27,445 nucleotides of DNA from Thermoplasmata archaeon (GTDB lineage: Archaea > Thermoplasmatota > E2 > DHVEG-1 > B18-G2). The position numbers were made by a program, and so were the translations under genes. Below are positions 1 to 8,975 of this stretch, piece after piece; position 1 is the stretch's first letter, and each line of letters starts with the position of its first letter. The notes beneath the pieces were generated by a model, which saw nothing but the letters and a program-made list of their open reading frames with translations, did not search any database and was not told the origin of the DNA. The stretch covers positions 1 through 27,445 of the forward strand of contig JAGGWT010000027.1 in NCBI GenBank assembly GCA_021163455.1. Reading direction: 5' to 3'.

Positions 1-80
1 GAGTTAAAATGTATGAAATCTATACATAAATTTTTAGATTTATAGATAGATAAAAATTTCTTAAAGACATAAAATAAAAG

Positions 81-106
81 GTTCCACATGAAATAAAGGG
101 GTGGGG
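81..106 (+). other. Origin recognition box (ORB)-like element, putative Orc1/Cdc6 site at the edge of a replication origin
   Basis: GTTCCACATGAAATAAAGGGGTGGGG fits the archaeal ORB pattern GTTCCA-n3-GAAA-n3-AGGGG plus a G-string. Bases 1-80 are 84% AT (13 G+C in 80, counted). Only one copy is visible and there is no cdc6/orc1 in the window. Confidence 0.7.
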
Positions 107-411
107 CTGTTAACGTTGATAATATTGATTAAAGTTATACAAAACAGCAACAAGAGACAACTGAATAACTCACTCACAAAAACAAATATCTTGAACAGCC
201 ACATCAATATTAACCCTATCAAATGAACAATCAGAAAGAATATAACACTGCAACACCAATCAATCTTCAATCCCTTTCGAGTTCTACATCAAAAAACATC
301 AACAGACCCACTTGCCGGCGCCGTTTATTTAAAGATAGTAAAATTTGTTATGAGATTGATGAAAACAGTAACTATTAAACATTTTTAAGTTAGAGACATG
401 TTATATCGGTG

Positions 412-987
412 ATGATAAAAAGACAGATCAGAATACTGGGCATAGACGATGGTCCTTTTTACTTTGGACAGGATAAAACGATAGTAATTGGTGTGGTGAT
501 GAGAGCAAACGGGTATATAGAAGGGATATTGAAGAGAGAAATAGATGTCGATGGCAAGAATTCCACAGATGTGATAATAGATATGGTCAGCAAAACGAGA
601 CACAGAAACCAGATCAGAGTTATAATGATAGATGGGATAGCCCTCGGTGGTTTTAATGTGGTTGATATAGACAGGATTTATATGGAAGAAAATATACCGG
701 TGATGACGGTGACAAGAGAAAAACCCGATTTTGAAACGATAAGGTCCACACTGAGAATGAAATTCACGGATTGGGAGGAAAGGTGGAACAAAATCAAAGA
801 TAATGAAATATTCGAAGTTGAGACGAAACACAAACCAATCTATGTATCATTCAGGGGCATATCCCTGGAGGAGGCGAAAGAGATAATAAAGATATCAACC
901 ATACGAGGTGTAATACCGGAGCCGCTGAGAGTGGCTCATATGATAGCATCAGGCGTGGTAAGAGGTGAATCTTATGGTAAAGCCTGA
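412..987 (+). CDS. DUF99/UPF0215 family protein (endonuclease V-like fold)
   Basis: Motifs ILGIDDGPF, IDGIALGGFNVVD and PEPLRVAH. ATG at 412 preferred over GTG at 409; a TTTTTAAG TATA-like element lies about 25 nt upstream. Confidence 0.85.
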   Translation: MIKRQIRILGIDDGPFYFGQDKTIVIGVVMRANGYIEGILKREIDVDGKNSTDVIIDMVSKTRHRNQIRVIMIDGIALGGFNVVDIDRIYMEENIPVMTVTREKPDFETIRSTLRMKFTDWEERWNKIKDNEIFEVETKHKPIYVSFRGISLEEAKEIIKISTIRGVIPEPLRVAHMIASGVVRGESYGKA

Positions 988-1153
988 AGTGAATAGGGAT
1001 AGTTGTCTGGGCTGTTCGGGTTGTTTTACCATCTGTCCTGCCAATGCCATAGAGTTTGATGGTAAAGCCACGATAATCAAGGAAAGATGCATATCCTGCC
1101 ATACCTGTGTTAACTACTGCCCGGTTGGAGCCATAGTTGTGGAGGGAGAATGA
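974..1153 (+). CDS. 2x[4Fe-4S] ferredoxin
   Basis: Two CxxCxxCxxxCP motifs (CLGCSGCFTICP, CISCHTCVNYCP). RBS GAGGTGA at 962-968 supports ATG 974. The stop overlaps the next gene (ATGA). Confidence 0.92.
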   Translation: MVKPEVNRDSCLGCSGCFTICPANAIEFDGKATIIKERCISCHTCVNYCPVGAIVVEGE

Positions 1154-2334
1154 TGGAGACGTATGAATATGATTGTGTAATTGTCGGAGGAGGACCTGCC
1201 GGTCTCGTAACAGCCAGATACATATCTGAGGCAGGATTTTCCGTTGCTGTTCTCGAGAGAGATAGAGAGATAGGCGTTCCCGTACTCTGTGGAGAAGGTG
1301 TCAGCAGAAACATTGACAATCTCGGAGTAACCGAGAGAAGGGACTGGGTAGAAAACGAGATCGTTGGAGCAAGGATATTCTCACCAAACGGAACCATGGT
1401 TAAAATGTCTGCCGAAAGAGCAGGCGGAGAGACGGGATACGTGATAGACAGGGAGAGATTTGACAAGGAACTGGCAAGAATCGCAGCTAAAAAAGGAGCA
1501 GACATCTTTGTCATGTGCGATGCAAAAAAAGCAAATGTCGAGGGCGGAGAAATCAGAGAAATAGAAGCGAAACTCGACGGTAAGGATGTGAAATTCACAG
1601 GAAAAATCTTTGTCGGAGCCGATGGAGTAGAGTCAAAGGTAGGAAGATGGGTTGATATAGATACAAGACTCAAACCAAAAGATATCGTTTCCTGTTACGA
1701 GTACACACTCTCCGATGTGGAATGCGATAAGGATTACACAGATTTCTTCGTTGGCAGAAGCCTGGCGCCCGGCGGCTATATATGGATATTTCCGAAAAGT
1801 GATGATACCGCGAATGTTGGAATAGGTGTTCTTGCAAGTTACAGCAAATCTGCTCTCGCAAAGCAACTGCTTGACAAATTTATAGAAAAGAAGGATTTCC
1901 TCAGAAAGGGAAAGCCGGTCAGGAAACTGGCAGGAGCTGTACCTGTAGCCTTGCCCATACAGAGTTACAGAGGAAATGTTGTTCTTGTGGGTGATGCAGC
2001 AAGGCATACTGACCCTCTAACTGGTGGCGGAATAATCCATGCCGTGATAGGTGGGAGGGTAGCTGGAGAGACGATAGCGAGAGCACTGAGAGAAGAAAAA
2101 CTCTCCTTGCTCGAGGAATATGAGAAGGGGTGGAGGGAGAAGATAGGTAAAAAACTCGAAAGAAATTACAAGATGAAAGAACTGGCATCAACATTTGATG
2201 ACAAAACATTCGATAAACTTGCCGACTCTGTGAAAGATATAAACTTTGAGGAGTTAAGCACACGCGGTCTCATAAAGGCACTAGTAACAAAACACCCCTC
2301 TCTGCTGTTCAAATTGAAATCCCTCATCGGTTAG
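1150..2334 (+). CDS. Digeranylgeranylglycerophospholipid reductase (geranylgeranyl reductase family)
   Basis: GGGPAG FAD motif, CGEG, PGGYIWIFPK (PxxYxWxFP), VGDAA and PLTGGGI; adjacent ferredoxin. Confidence 0.92.
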   Translation: MMETYEYDCVIVGGGPAGLVTARYISEAGFSVAVLERDREIGVPVLCGEGVSRNIDNLGVTERRDWVENEIVGARIFSPNGTMVKMSAERAGGETGYVIDRERFDKELARIAAKKGADIFVMCDAKKANVEGGEIREIEAKLDGKDVKFTGKIFVGADGVESKVGRWVDIDTRLKPKDIVSCYEYTLSDVECDKDYTDFFVGRSLAPGGYIWIFPKSDDTANVGIGVLASYSKSALAKQLLDKFIEKKDFLRKGKPVRKLAGAVPVALPIQSYRGNVVLVGDAARHTDPLTGGGIIHAVIGGRVAGETIARALREEKLSLLEEYEKGWREKIGKKLERNYKMKELASTFDDKTFDKLADSVKDINFEELSTRGLIKALVTKHPSLLFKLKSLIG

Positions 2335-2339
2335 GTAAA

Positions 2340-3149
2340 ATGAAATGGGGAATTGTGGTAAAACCAAACGATGGCAAGGCGAGGAAACTTGCAGAGGAGA
2401 TAATATCTTTTCTCAAAGATGAAGAAATCTATCTGGAGAAAAAGATCGCTGAAGAACTCGGTAAAGAAGGATACTCAATCGGGGAGCTGAACAACATCGT
2501 GGATATCGTTATAACTGTCGGTGGTGATGGCACAATTCTCTACGCTCTGCAAGAAATAGAAAAGCCCATATTTGCGGTAAACTGCAGCGCCATGGGCTTT
2601 CTGACAGAGGTAAATGCAAAGTTTGCGAAGAGTGGGATAGAGAGAATCCTGAAGGGTGACTACAATATAGAGGAAAGGGCACGACTGAAAGTATTTCTTG
2701 AGGGAAGGAGGGTCGAGGATGCATCCAATGAACTCACGATTCAGACGGCAAACGTGGCAAAAATAATAGAGTTCTCTATACTGATCAACGAGGAGCTGAT
2801 CGATAGATTAAGAGCGGATGGCATAATCATCGCTACACCAACCGGTGCAACTGGCTATGCTCTGAGCGTGGGTGGACCAATTGTTGACCCGGGGGTAGAT
2901 GTGGCGGTAATCGCTCCGATAGCGCCATTCAAACTAGCATCGAGACCATGGATCGTTCCTATAGATAAGAACATATGCGTGGAATTATCTGAGAAGAGTA
3001 AAGACGCGAAGCTGGTTATAGATGGGAGAAACTCATACGATGTTCATGCTGGTGAAAGGGTGTGTGCAACTCTATCAGAGAAAAAATCAAGATTTATCAG
3101 ATTTGGAGAATCCTTTTATCAGACGGTCAGGTTGAAATTGGTAAGATGA
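2340..3149 (+). CDS. nadK: NAD(+) kinase
   Basis: GGDGT, NE, and DG..ATPTGATGYALSVGGP motifs. Confidence 0.93.
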   Translation: MKWGIVVKPNDGKARKLAEEIISFLKDEEIYLEKKIAEELGKEGYSIGELNNIVDIVITVGGDGTILYALQEIEKPIFAVNCSAMGFLTEVNAKFAKSGIERILKGDYNIEERARLKVFLEGRRVEDASNELTIQTANVAKIIEFSILINEELIDRLRADGIIIATPTGATGYALSVGGPIVDPGVDVAVIAPIAPFKLASRPWIVPIDKNICVELSEKSKDAKLVIDGRNSYDVHAGERVCATLSEKKSRFIRFGESFYQTVRLKLVR

Positions 3150-3517
3150 GGAAATGGAAGATAGACAGAGATTGTCTCCAAACAATTCTTGAAAGCTCCA
3201 GAGCAATGCATCCAAGGGAATTCGCCGCCTTCCTGCGGGCGGAGGGAGATGTTATAAAAGAGATTCTGCTCATGCCAGGAATGATACATGGTGACAGGCA
3301 TGCAATCTTTAACATCGCCATGCTTCCCATAGATTATTCCATTGTTGGAACGGTTCACAGCCACCCATCCTACTCCAACAGACCATCGGGTGAGGACCTG
3401 CACATGTTTTCCAAATATGGAAAGGTGCACATCATCGTAGCCATGCCATATGATGAAAAATCGTGGAGGGCTTATGACTGGAATGGCAGGGAGATAGAGG
3501 TGGAGGTAATTGAATAG
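3146..3517 (+). CDS. JAMM/MPN+ (Mov34) metalloprotease
   Basis: HPREF...HSHPSYSNRPSGED gives the E...HxH...S-x2-D zinc site. ATG 3146 overlaps the nadK stop (ATGA), so the ORF-track start at 3062 is too early. Confidence 0.88.
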   Translation: MRKWKIDRDCLQTILESSRAMHPREFAAFLRAEGDVIKEILLMPGMIHGDRHAIFNIAMLPIDYSIVGTVHSHPSYSNRPSGEDLHMFSKYGKVHIIVAMPYDEKSWRAYDWNGREIEVEVIE

Positions 3518-3547
3518 TTTTTAAATACAGTAACCTTAACGAAAACG

Positions 3548-4621
3548 ATGGACATCTCTGCACTCGATACATTTCTTGCAGCTCCCCTCGCTCCACTGGC
3601 TGGAGTGATTCTCTTCTGGTCCATTCAGTTATTGATGGCAGAGGGATTAAAAACACTTCTGAGAGAAATATGGGATAATCACAGGGCTTTTTGCAGATTC
3701 TCAAATTTTGTCGCTCTGCTGTTTCAGGCAGTGTCTCACATGCTGGGATACACGTTAACCGGTATAGGTGTGGGAGAGTTCTCACTCAGCATCAGAAATG
3801 CAAAGGTTCTGCCGAAAAAGGAGAAGAGAGGATTTCCATCCATGCTGGCAAATATCTTCCTGCTTTTTGGTCCCTTCTTCATACCTCCACTGATTCTGTT
3901 TCTGATACTTCTACCCTTTACACCTGGGATGGAGATAATGAAATGTTACACCTTTTCAACCGCTCTGGTATCTTTTGGTTCGTTGCTTCAGCAATATGGG
4001 ATGAATTTTCTAACAATAATCGTCAATCTGGATCTTTTCAATCCTTTTCATCTGATGTTTCTCATTGCTGTAATTCTCATTGGTCTTGGTATCAGACCAA
4101 GTTTCATAGAAGATGAGGAGAGAAAATACAGGATGATAGATGACCTTGCAAAAATAAGAGACTTTTTCATATCCCACCCAAAATCCATCCTCATCTTTTT
4201 TGTTTCCATTTACATCCTTTTCTACATACTCTATTTTCTGAAACTACCCTACTATGTGCTCATATTTTCCTTCTTCGGATGGCTATCTCTGATATCAATA
4301 GTTTCTCTCCTCATTGCATCCCTCTTCGTCTTCCTCATCATGGTCAGTGACAGATTACCTTCTTTCAAAAAATATCTTCCCCTCATTGTGTTCGTTCTAT
4401 CCTATATATCTCTGAGAGTCACATTCACATTCATCAGGACAGATATGGATCTGGCAATAACCAATATCGTAAGCTCGTCACTCACATTTGTTTCATCCAC
4501 CATAGCTCTTAAAATGGAGCTGGACAGACAAAAACTCAGAGAAGGTTTGCAGAGTTTGAAAAAAGTCAAGGAGAAGAAAATCGATGCGGAAGATGGGGAG
4601 GAAAATAAGAAAAATCCTTAG
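3548..4621 (+). CDS. Multi-pass membrane protein with an M50B-like metalloprotease N-terminal region and a degenerate HExxH
   Basis: Many hydrophobic helices. VALLFQAVSHMLGYTLTG...FGPFF resembles the ..HELSH..A.LLTG...APL pattern of M50B-like proteins. Family call is by eye only. Confidence 0.55.
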   Translation: MDISALDTFLAAPLAPLAGVILFWSIQLLMAEGLKTLLREIWDNHRAFCRFSNFVALLFQAVSHMLGYTLTGIGVGEFSLSIRNAKVLPKKEKRGFPSMLANIFLLFGPFFIPPLILFLILLPFTPGMEIMKCYTFSTALVSFGSLLQQYGMNFLTIIVNLDLFNPFHLMFLIAVILIGLGIRPSFIEDEERKYRMIDDLAKIRDFFISHPKSILIFFVSIYILFYILYFLKLPYYVLIFSFFGWLSLISIVSLLIASLFVFLIMVSDRLPSFKKYLPLIVFVLSYISLRVTFTFIRTDMDLAITNIVSSSLTFVSSTIALKMELDRQKLREGLQSLKKVKEKKIDAEDGEENKKNP

Positions 4622-4697
4622 AACCCGTTATAAAAAACCGAAAACCAATAAACTTAAAACATCAAAAAGGTATGGCTTAAGTAGAGAGGAGGGGAAG

Positions 4698-5570
4698 ATG
4701 AAAATAGAGGAAGAACTCCTGAAAGGAGAGAGGATAGAAAAGATTCTCACACCACATCCATTATCCTTTATGGGTTTGCAAGCCCTCTGGATTTTTATAG
4801 CGGTATTTGGTATAATCCTGTGGTGGACGGCAAATTACTCACAGTACACCAGTTTCTTAGAATCCTGGTTCACCGTACTGCTCCTGTGGTGGATTGGAAT
4901 CATAATAGCGGGAGTTGTTGCATCTCTCGTAGCTATAAGATGGAGATTCTTTTTCCTCTACGTGATAATCGCATCTCTGGGAACCTTTCTTGCATGGAGA
5001 CTTAACTACCTCGTGGATGGAAAAGGAGCCAGCTTTTTCATACTGGTCTATTCTTTGCTTGTATCCATAATCATGTTTATAGGTGTGTACGTGTTCGTAA
5101 AATCACACAGATATGTTCTCACCGACTGCAGAATCATATTCAGAGGTGGTGTGCTGAAAAAGAGAGAAAGAACATTGAGATACGATAAAATAACAGATGT
5201 TGATGGTACGCAGGGAATCCTGGGTCAGATTTTTGACTTTGGAACAATCATTCCCATAACTCAATCTGGCTTTGGACTCGGTTCTGACCAGACCTTTGCG
5301 GCAGGCGGGGTCAAAGGAGGAGGAAAAAGATTTGGCATATTTGGACTGGCAGGCGGCGCGAAGGAAGTTAAGACACCGAGAGCAAGAACGTATTATGAGC
5401 TGCATGGAGTTTATCCGTACAAAGAGGTAAGAAAACTTCTTGAGGAATTGATACAAGGTCACGTCATAACACCTTATCAGAGAGAGCAGGTCGAGCTCCA
5501 GAGGGAACAGCTCGAACTTCAAAAGGAAATGAAAGAACTCTTGGAAAGACAGAAGGAACTGAAGGATTAG
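4698..5570 (+). CDS. Membrane protein with bacterial PH (bPH_2/DUF304) domain and a C-terminal coiled coil
   Basis: About 4 TM helices, then YVLTDCRIIFRGGVLKKRERTLRYDKITDVDGTQGILGQIFDFGTI. RBS GGAGG at 4688-4692 supports ATG 4698 rather than 4584. Confidence 0.75.
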   Translation: MKIEEELLKGERIEKILTPHPLSFMGLQALWIFIAVFGIILWWTANYSQYTSFLESWFTVLLLWWIGIIIAGVVASLVAIRWRFFFLYVIIASLGTFLAWRLNYLVDGKGASFFILVYSLLVSIIMFIGVYVFVKSHRYVLTDCRIIFRGGVLKKRERTLRYDKITDVDGTQGILGQIFDFGTIIPITQSGFGLGSDQTFAAGGVKGGGKRFGIFGLAGGAKEVKTPRARTYYELHGVYPYKEVRKLLEELIQGHVITPYQREQVELQREQLELQKEMKELLERQKELKD

Positions 5571-5602
5571 ATTTAAAACAGAGAATTATATAGGGATTGC
5601 GA

Positions 5603-6151
5603 ATGATACCGAAGGCAGTATTCTTCACGAAGGGAATGGGGGTGCACAGGGACAAATTACAGTCATTTGAGTTAGCATTGAGAGATGCAGGCATAGGTAT
5701 GTGTAACATCGTTACGGTATCGAGTATTCTTCCACCAAACTGCAAGATAATATCAAGAAAGAAAGGTATAGAGAAACTGAGACCAGGAGAGATTATATAT
5801 TGTGTGATGTCGAGAAATCAGACCAATGAACCTTACAGAAAGATATCGGCATCAATAGGTGTTGCAATACCTAAGGATAGAAACGCATATGGATATATCT
5901 CCGAGTACCACAGTTTTGGGGAGAGATGTAAAACCGCTGGAGATTACGCAGAGGATCTCGCAGCCACCATGCTGGCAACAACTCTGGGAATAGATTTTGA
6001 CCCTGATAAGGCATGGGATGAGAGAAAACAACTGTTCAGGATGAGCGGAAAGATAGTCAAAACGAGAAGTATAACACAGACAGCTATTGGAGACAAGGAT
6101 GGTAGATGGACAACCGTTATAGCAGCAGCTGTATTTCTTGAGGAAGTTTGA
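5603..6151 (+). CDS. pdaD: Pyruvoyl-dependent arginine decarboxylase
   Basis: SFELALRDAGI, NIVTVSSILPP (Ser-Ser self-cleavage site), YGYISEYH and WTTVIAAAVF. Confidence 0.93.
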   Translation: MIPKAVFFTKGMGVHRDKLQSFELALRDAGIGMCNIVTVSSILPPNCKIISRKKGIEKLRPGEIIYCVMSRNQTNEPYRKISASIGVAIPKDRNAYGYISEYHSFGERCKTAGDYAEDLAATMLATTLGIDFDPDKAWDERKQLFRMSGKIVKTRSITQTAIGDKDGRWTTVIAAAVFLEEV

Positions 6152-6219
6152 TATTTGGACAGTTTTTAAAGGAAAATTTTTTAAATTTAAGATACTTCAT
6201 TTTCCGGGGATGGTGAGAG

Positions 6220-7551
6220 ATGAGAGCAGCAAGAAACCTCATCATCACACTGCTTGTGTCCAGTCTGCTCTGTGGCTGTACACAGACTGAACAGTTTAAA
6301 CTTTACGGAGAAAGTGAGGAGGAAAACACTAATATATCAACGTGGGTTGGATGCGGATGGAGTATCAAACCGGGTGAAAAGGACGCGGTGAGTGAAGCAA
6401 TATCGATCATGGAAGAAGGATTAAAAGGAAAGAAACCGGAGTACATAATCGCTTTCATGACGGTTGATTACAACGTGACAGAAATCGTGGAAGAGATTCT
6501 GAAGCATTATCCTGGTGTACAGTTATACGGCGGAACCTCGTGTGCTGCGGTTTTAACAAAGGATGGTTACCACACAAGCACGAATGGAGCGCTGGCTGTG
6601 ATGGGAATTTACTCTGAGAACATAACTTTTGGCGTGGGCGGCGCGGAGATAGGAGACAGAAAATCGGCCAGAGAGGCAGGGAGAGCGGCGATAACAGAGG
6701 CAATATCAAACGCCGGACTGGATGGGAAGCCAGATATCGTGTTAATAACAGCATCTCCGGGACACGAGGAGGAGATACTGTCAGGAATAGAGGAGGTCAT
6801 CGGTGAAGATGTGCCTGTATTCGGAGGAAGTGCAGCGGATAATACAATAGAGGGTAAATGGAAACAGATCACGAACGACAGGGTGTACTCCAACGGAGTC
6901 AGTGTGACTGCAATATTCACCAGTATGAAAATCGGCTATGCATTCGAATCCGGCTATCTCATTATGGAGAAAGAGGGAGTCATAACAAAATCCTCCGGTA
7001 GAAGAATTTATGAGATAGATGGTAAACCTGCAGCAGACGTCTATAATGAATGGACATCCGGAAAGGTCTTTGGAAAATATGCTAATCAGACATCTGGAAA
7101 GGTTACAATCCTGGCAAACGCAACCTTCTATCCTCTTGCCAAGAAGGTGGTAGGTGTTGATAATAAAACCCATTACATCTCCATACATCCAGAATCTGTG
7201 AATCTATCCGACAGATCCATTTCCGTCTTTGTAAATGTGAGTGATGGAGAGAGGGTACAGCTTATGCACGGAACATGGGAGATATTGCTCAACAGGGGAC
7301 AGACCACTCCGGCAAAAGCGCTGGAGAAAGGGAATATCGAAAAAGGCGAAACCGCCTTCGGAATCTACATCTTCTGTGCAGGTACACTGCTTGCTATCCC
7401 AGAAAATGAGAGAGACAAACTTCCTTTACTCGTGGGGCAAACCATCGGTGCACCCTTCATAGGCACATTTACATTTGGTGAGCAGGGTTTCATCGAGGGT
7501 GTTGGTAATGTCCACGAAAATCTTGCCAACTCAATTGTGGTGGTAGGGTAG
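6220..7551 (+). CDS. Lipoprotein with FIST_N + FIST_C domains
   Basis: Signal MRAARN-hydrophobic-LLCGC (Cys20). FIST motifs LYGGTS, PVFGGSAAD, YIFCAG, GTFTFGEQG and HENLANSIVVVG. Confidence 0.85.
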   Translation: MRAARNLIITLLVSSLLCGCTQTEQFKLYGESEEENTNISTWVGCGWSIKPGEKDAVSEAISIMEEGLKGKKPEYIIAFMTVDYNVTEIVEEILKHYPGVQLYGGTSCAAVLTKDGYHTSTNGALAVMGIYSENITFGVGGAEIGDRKSAREAGRAAITEAISNAGLDGKPDIVLITASPGHEEEILSGIEEVIGEDVPVFGGSAADNTIEGKWKQITNDRVYSNGVSVTAIFTSMKIGYAFESGYLIMEKEGVITKSSGRRIYEIDGKPAADVYNEWTSGKVFGKYANQTSGKVTILANATFYPLAKKVVGVDNKTHYISIHPESVNLSDRSISVFVNVSDGERVQLMHGTWEILLNRGQTTPAKALEKGNIEKGETAFGIYIFCAGTLLAIPENERDKLPLLVGQTIGAPFIGTFTFGEQGFIEGVGNVHENLANSIVVVG

Positions 7552-7560
7552 TGTGGTAGA

Positions 7561-8973
7561 ATGAGAATATTCCATAAGATATTCATCTGCATGTTCACCA
7601 TATCTGTTTTAACCGGGGCCATCGCCCTCAGTATTCTCATCATAGAACAGTCAAAATCGCTCGAAGAAAACATACATCAGAATTATCTTTCTCTGGCCGG
7701 AGTGATGTCAAAAAGTATCGAGGCAGGCTATCTGGCTGGAAGATGGCCTTTTGAGACACTCTCGGAGGCTCAGAAGCATGGAGAAATAGCATTCTGGCTC
7801 GTGGCAAAATCCGATGGAGAAATCATTCTTGCCAGCAACTCGTCCATGTGGGGGAAGAAACTACCGGAAGAATACTTTTCCAACGTGACAGCATCACGAA
7901 ACATACAGTTTGAGGGGGAGACCATAAGATTGATAGTACATCCACTGAAAATCACAGAGGGAGGTAAGAACTGGGTATTCTGTATGGGCTATTCCCTCAA
8001 ACCAGTCATTGATGCAAGAAACCTCCTGCTGGAGAGAGCGTTCACATCTCTTGGAGTGGTTGCAATTATGGCTACCATAGCCTCTTTCCTGCTGAGCAGA
8101 AACATAAGTGAACCTATAGCAAAAATATCGAGGGCCACCGTTTCTGTAGCTGAAGGCAATCTTGATCAGCACATAAGCATAAAAACAAATGGTGAAATCA
8201 TGCAACTGGCTGACAACTTCAACAAAATGGTTAAAGATCTCAGGAACCAGAGGAACGAACTCGAGAAATTACTGAAACAGAAAGACGAATTTATCCATCA
8301 GCTGGGACATGACCTCAAAACACCTCTAACTCCAATGTCCAATCTTCTGCCACTGATCATCGAAAGAGAAAAAGATCCCAAGCAGAAAGAACTTCTGGAT
8401 GTGGTCCTGAGAAATGTAAATTACATGAAAAAACTCGTGATGGACACACTCAAACTTGCCAAACTGAACGCACCAAGTACCACCCTTGACCTCAAAAAGG
8501 TGAATCTTTCATCGGTTGTCAGAAACGTTCTCGATAATAACAAATTCCTGCTCAAGGAAAACAGGATAAAGGTTGAGAACAGAGTGAAGGATGATATTTT
8601 TGTCAGGGCAGACGAACTCAGGCTGGAGGAAGTTCTCAGCAATCTGGTATCCAACGCGGTAAAATGTATGCCGGATGGAGGAACACTGACGATAAGCGCA
8701 AATAGAGAAGATGGCAACGTCGTGGTACATGTCAAGGATACGGGGGTGGGACTCAGCGAGGAGGAGAAAGAAAGGATTTTCGACGAGTTTTACAAGGTCG
8801 ATAAATCGAGACATGATCTTGCATCATCAGGACTTGGATTGACCATCTGTAAGAGAATAATAGAAAGACATGGTGGAAGAATCTGGGCAGAAAGTGATGG
8901 AAAGTACAGGGGTGCGACAATAAATTTCACCCTGCCTCTTTACACAGATGATATTAGTATGCAGCCGTCCTAA
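7561..8973 (+). CDS. Membrane sensor histidine kinase (TM - extracellular domain - TM - HAMP - HisKA - HATPase_c)
   Basis: Two TM helices, HAMP (EPIAKI...GEIMQLADNFNKM), H-box GHDLKTPLTP (His250), N-box NLVSNAVK, DTGVG, FDEFY and GLGLTIC. Confidence 0.92.
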   Translation: MRIFHKIFICMFTISVLTGAIALSILIIEQSKSLEENIHQNYLSLAGVMSKSIEAGYLAGRWPFETLSEAQKHGEIAFWLVAKSDGEIILASNSSMWGKKLPEEYFSNVTASRNIQFEGETIRLIVHPLKITEGGKNWVFCMGYSLKPVIDARNLLLERAFTSLGVVAIMATIASFLLSRNISEPIAKISRATVSVAEGNLDQHISIKTNGEIMQLADNFNKMVKDLRNQRNELEKLLKQKDEFIHQLGHDLKTPLTPMSNLLPLIIEREKDPKQKELLDVVLRNVNYMKKLVMDTLKLAKLNAPSTTLDLKKVNLSSVVRNVLDNNKFLLKENRIKVENRVKDDIFVRADELRLEEVLSNLVSNAVKCMPDGGTLTISANREDGNVVVHVKDTGVGLSEEEKERIFDEFYKVDKSRHDLASSGLGLTICKRIIERHGGRIWAESDGKYRGATINFTLPLYTDDISMQPS

Positions 8974-8975
8974 CC

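Noticed and set aside
61-270. 69-aa hydrophobic ORF on the minus strand
   Set aside because: TTG start, no RBS; hydrophobicity follows from the T-rich strand; it overlaps the ORB-like element.
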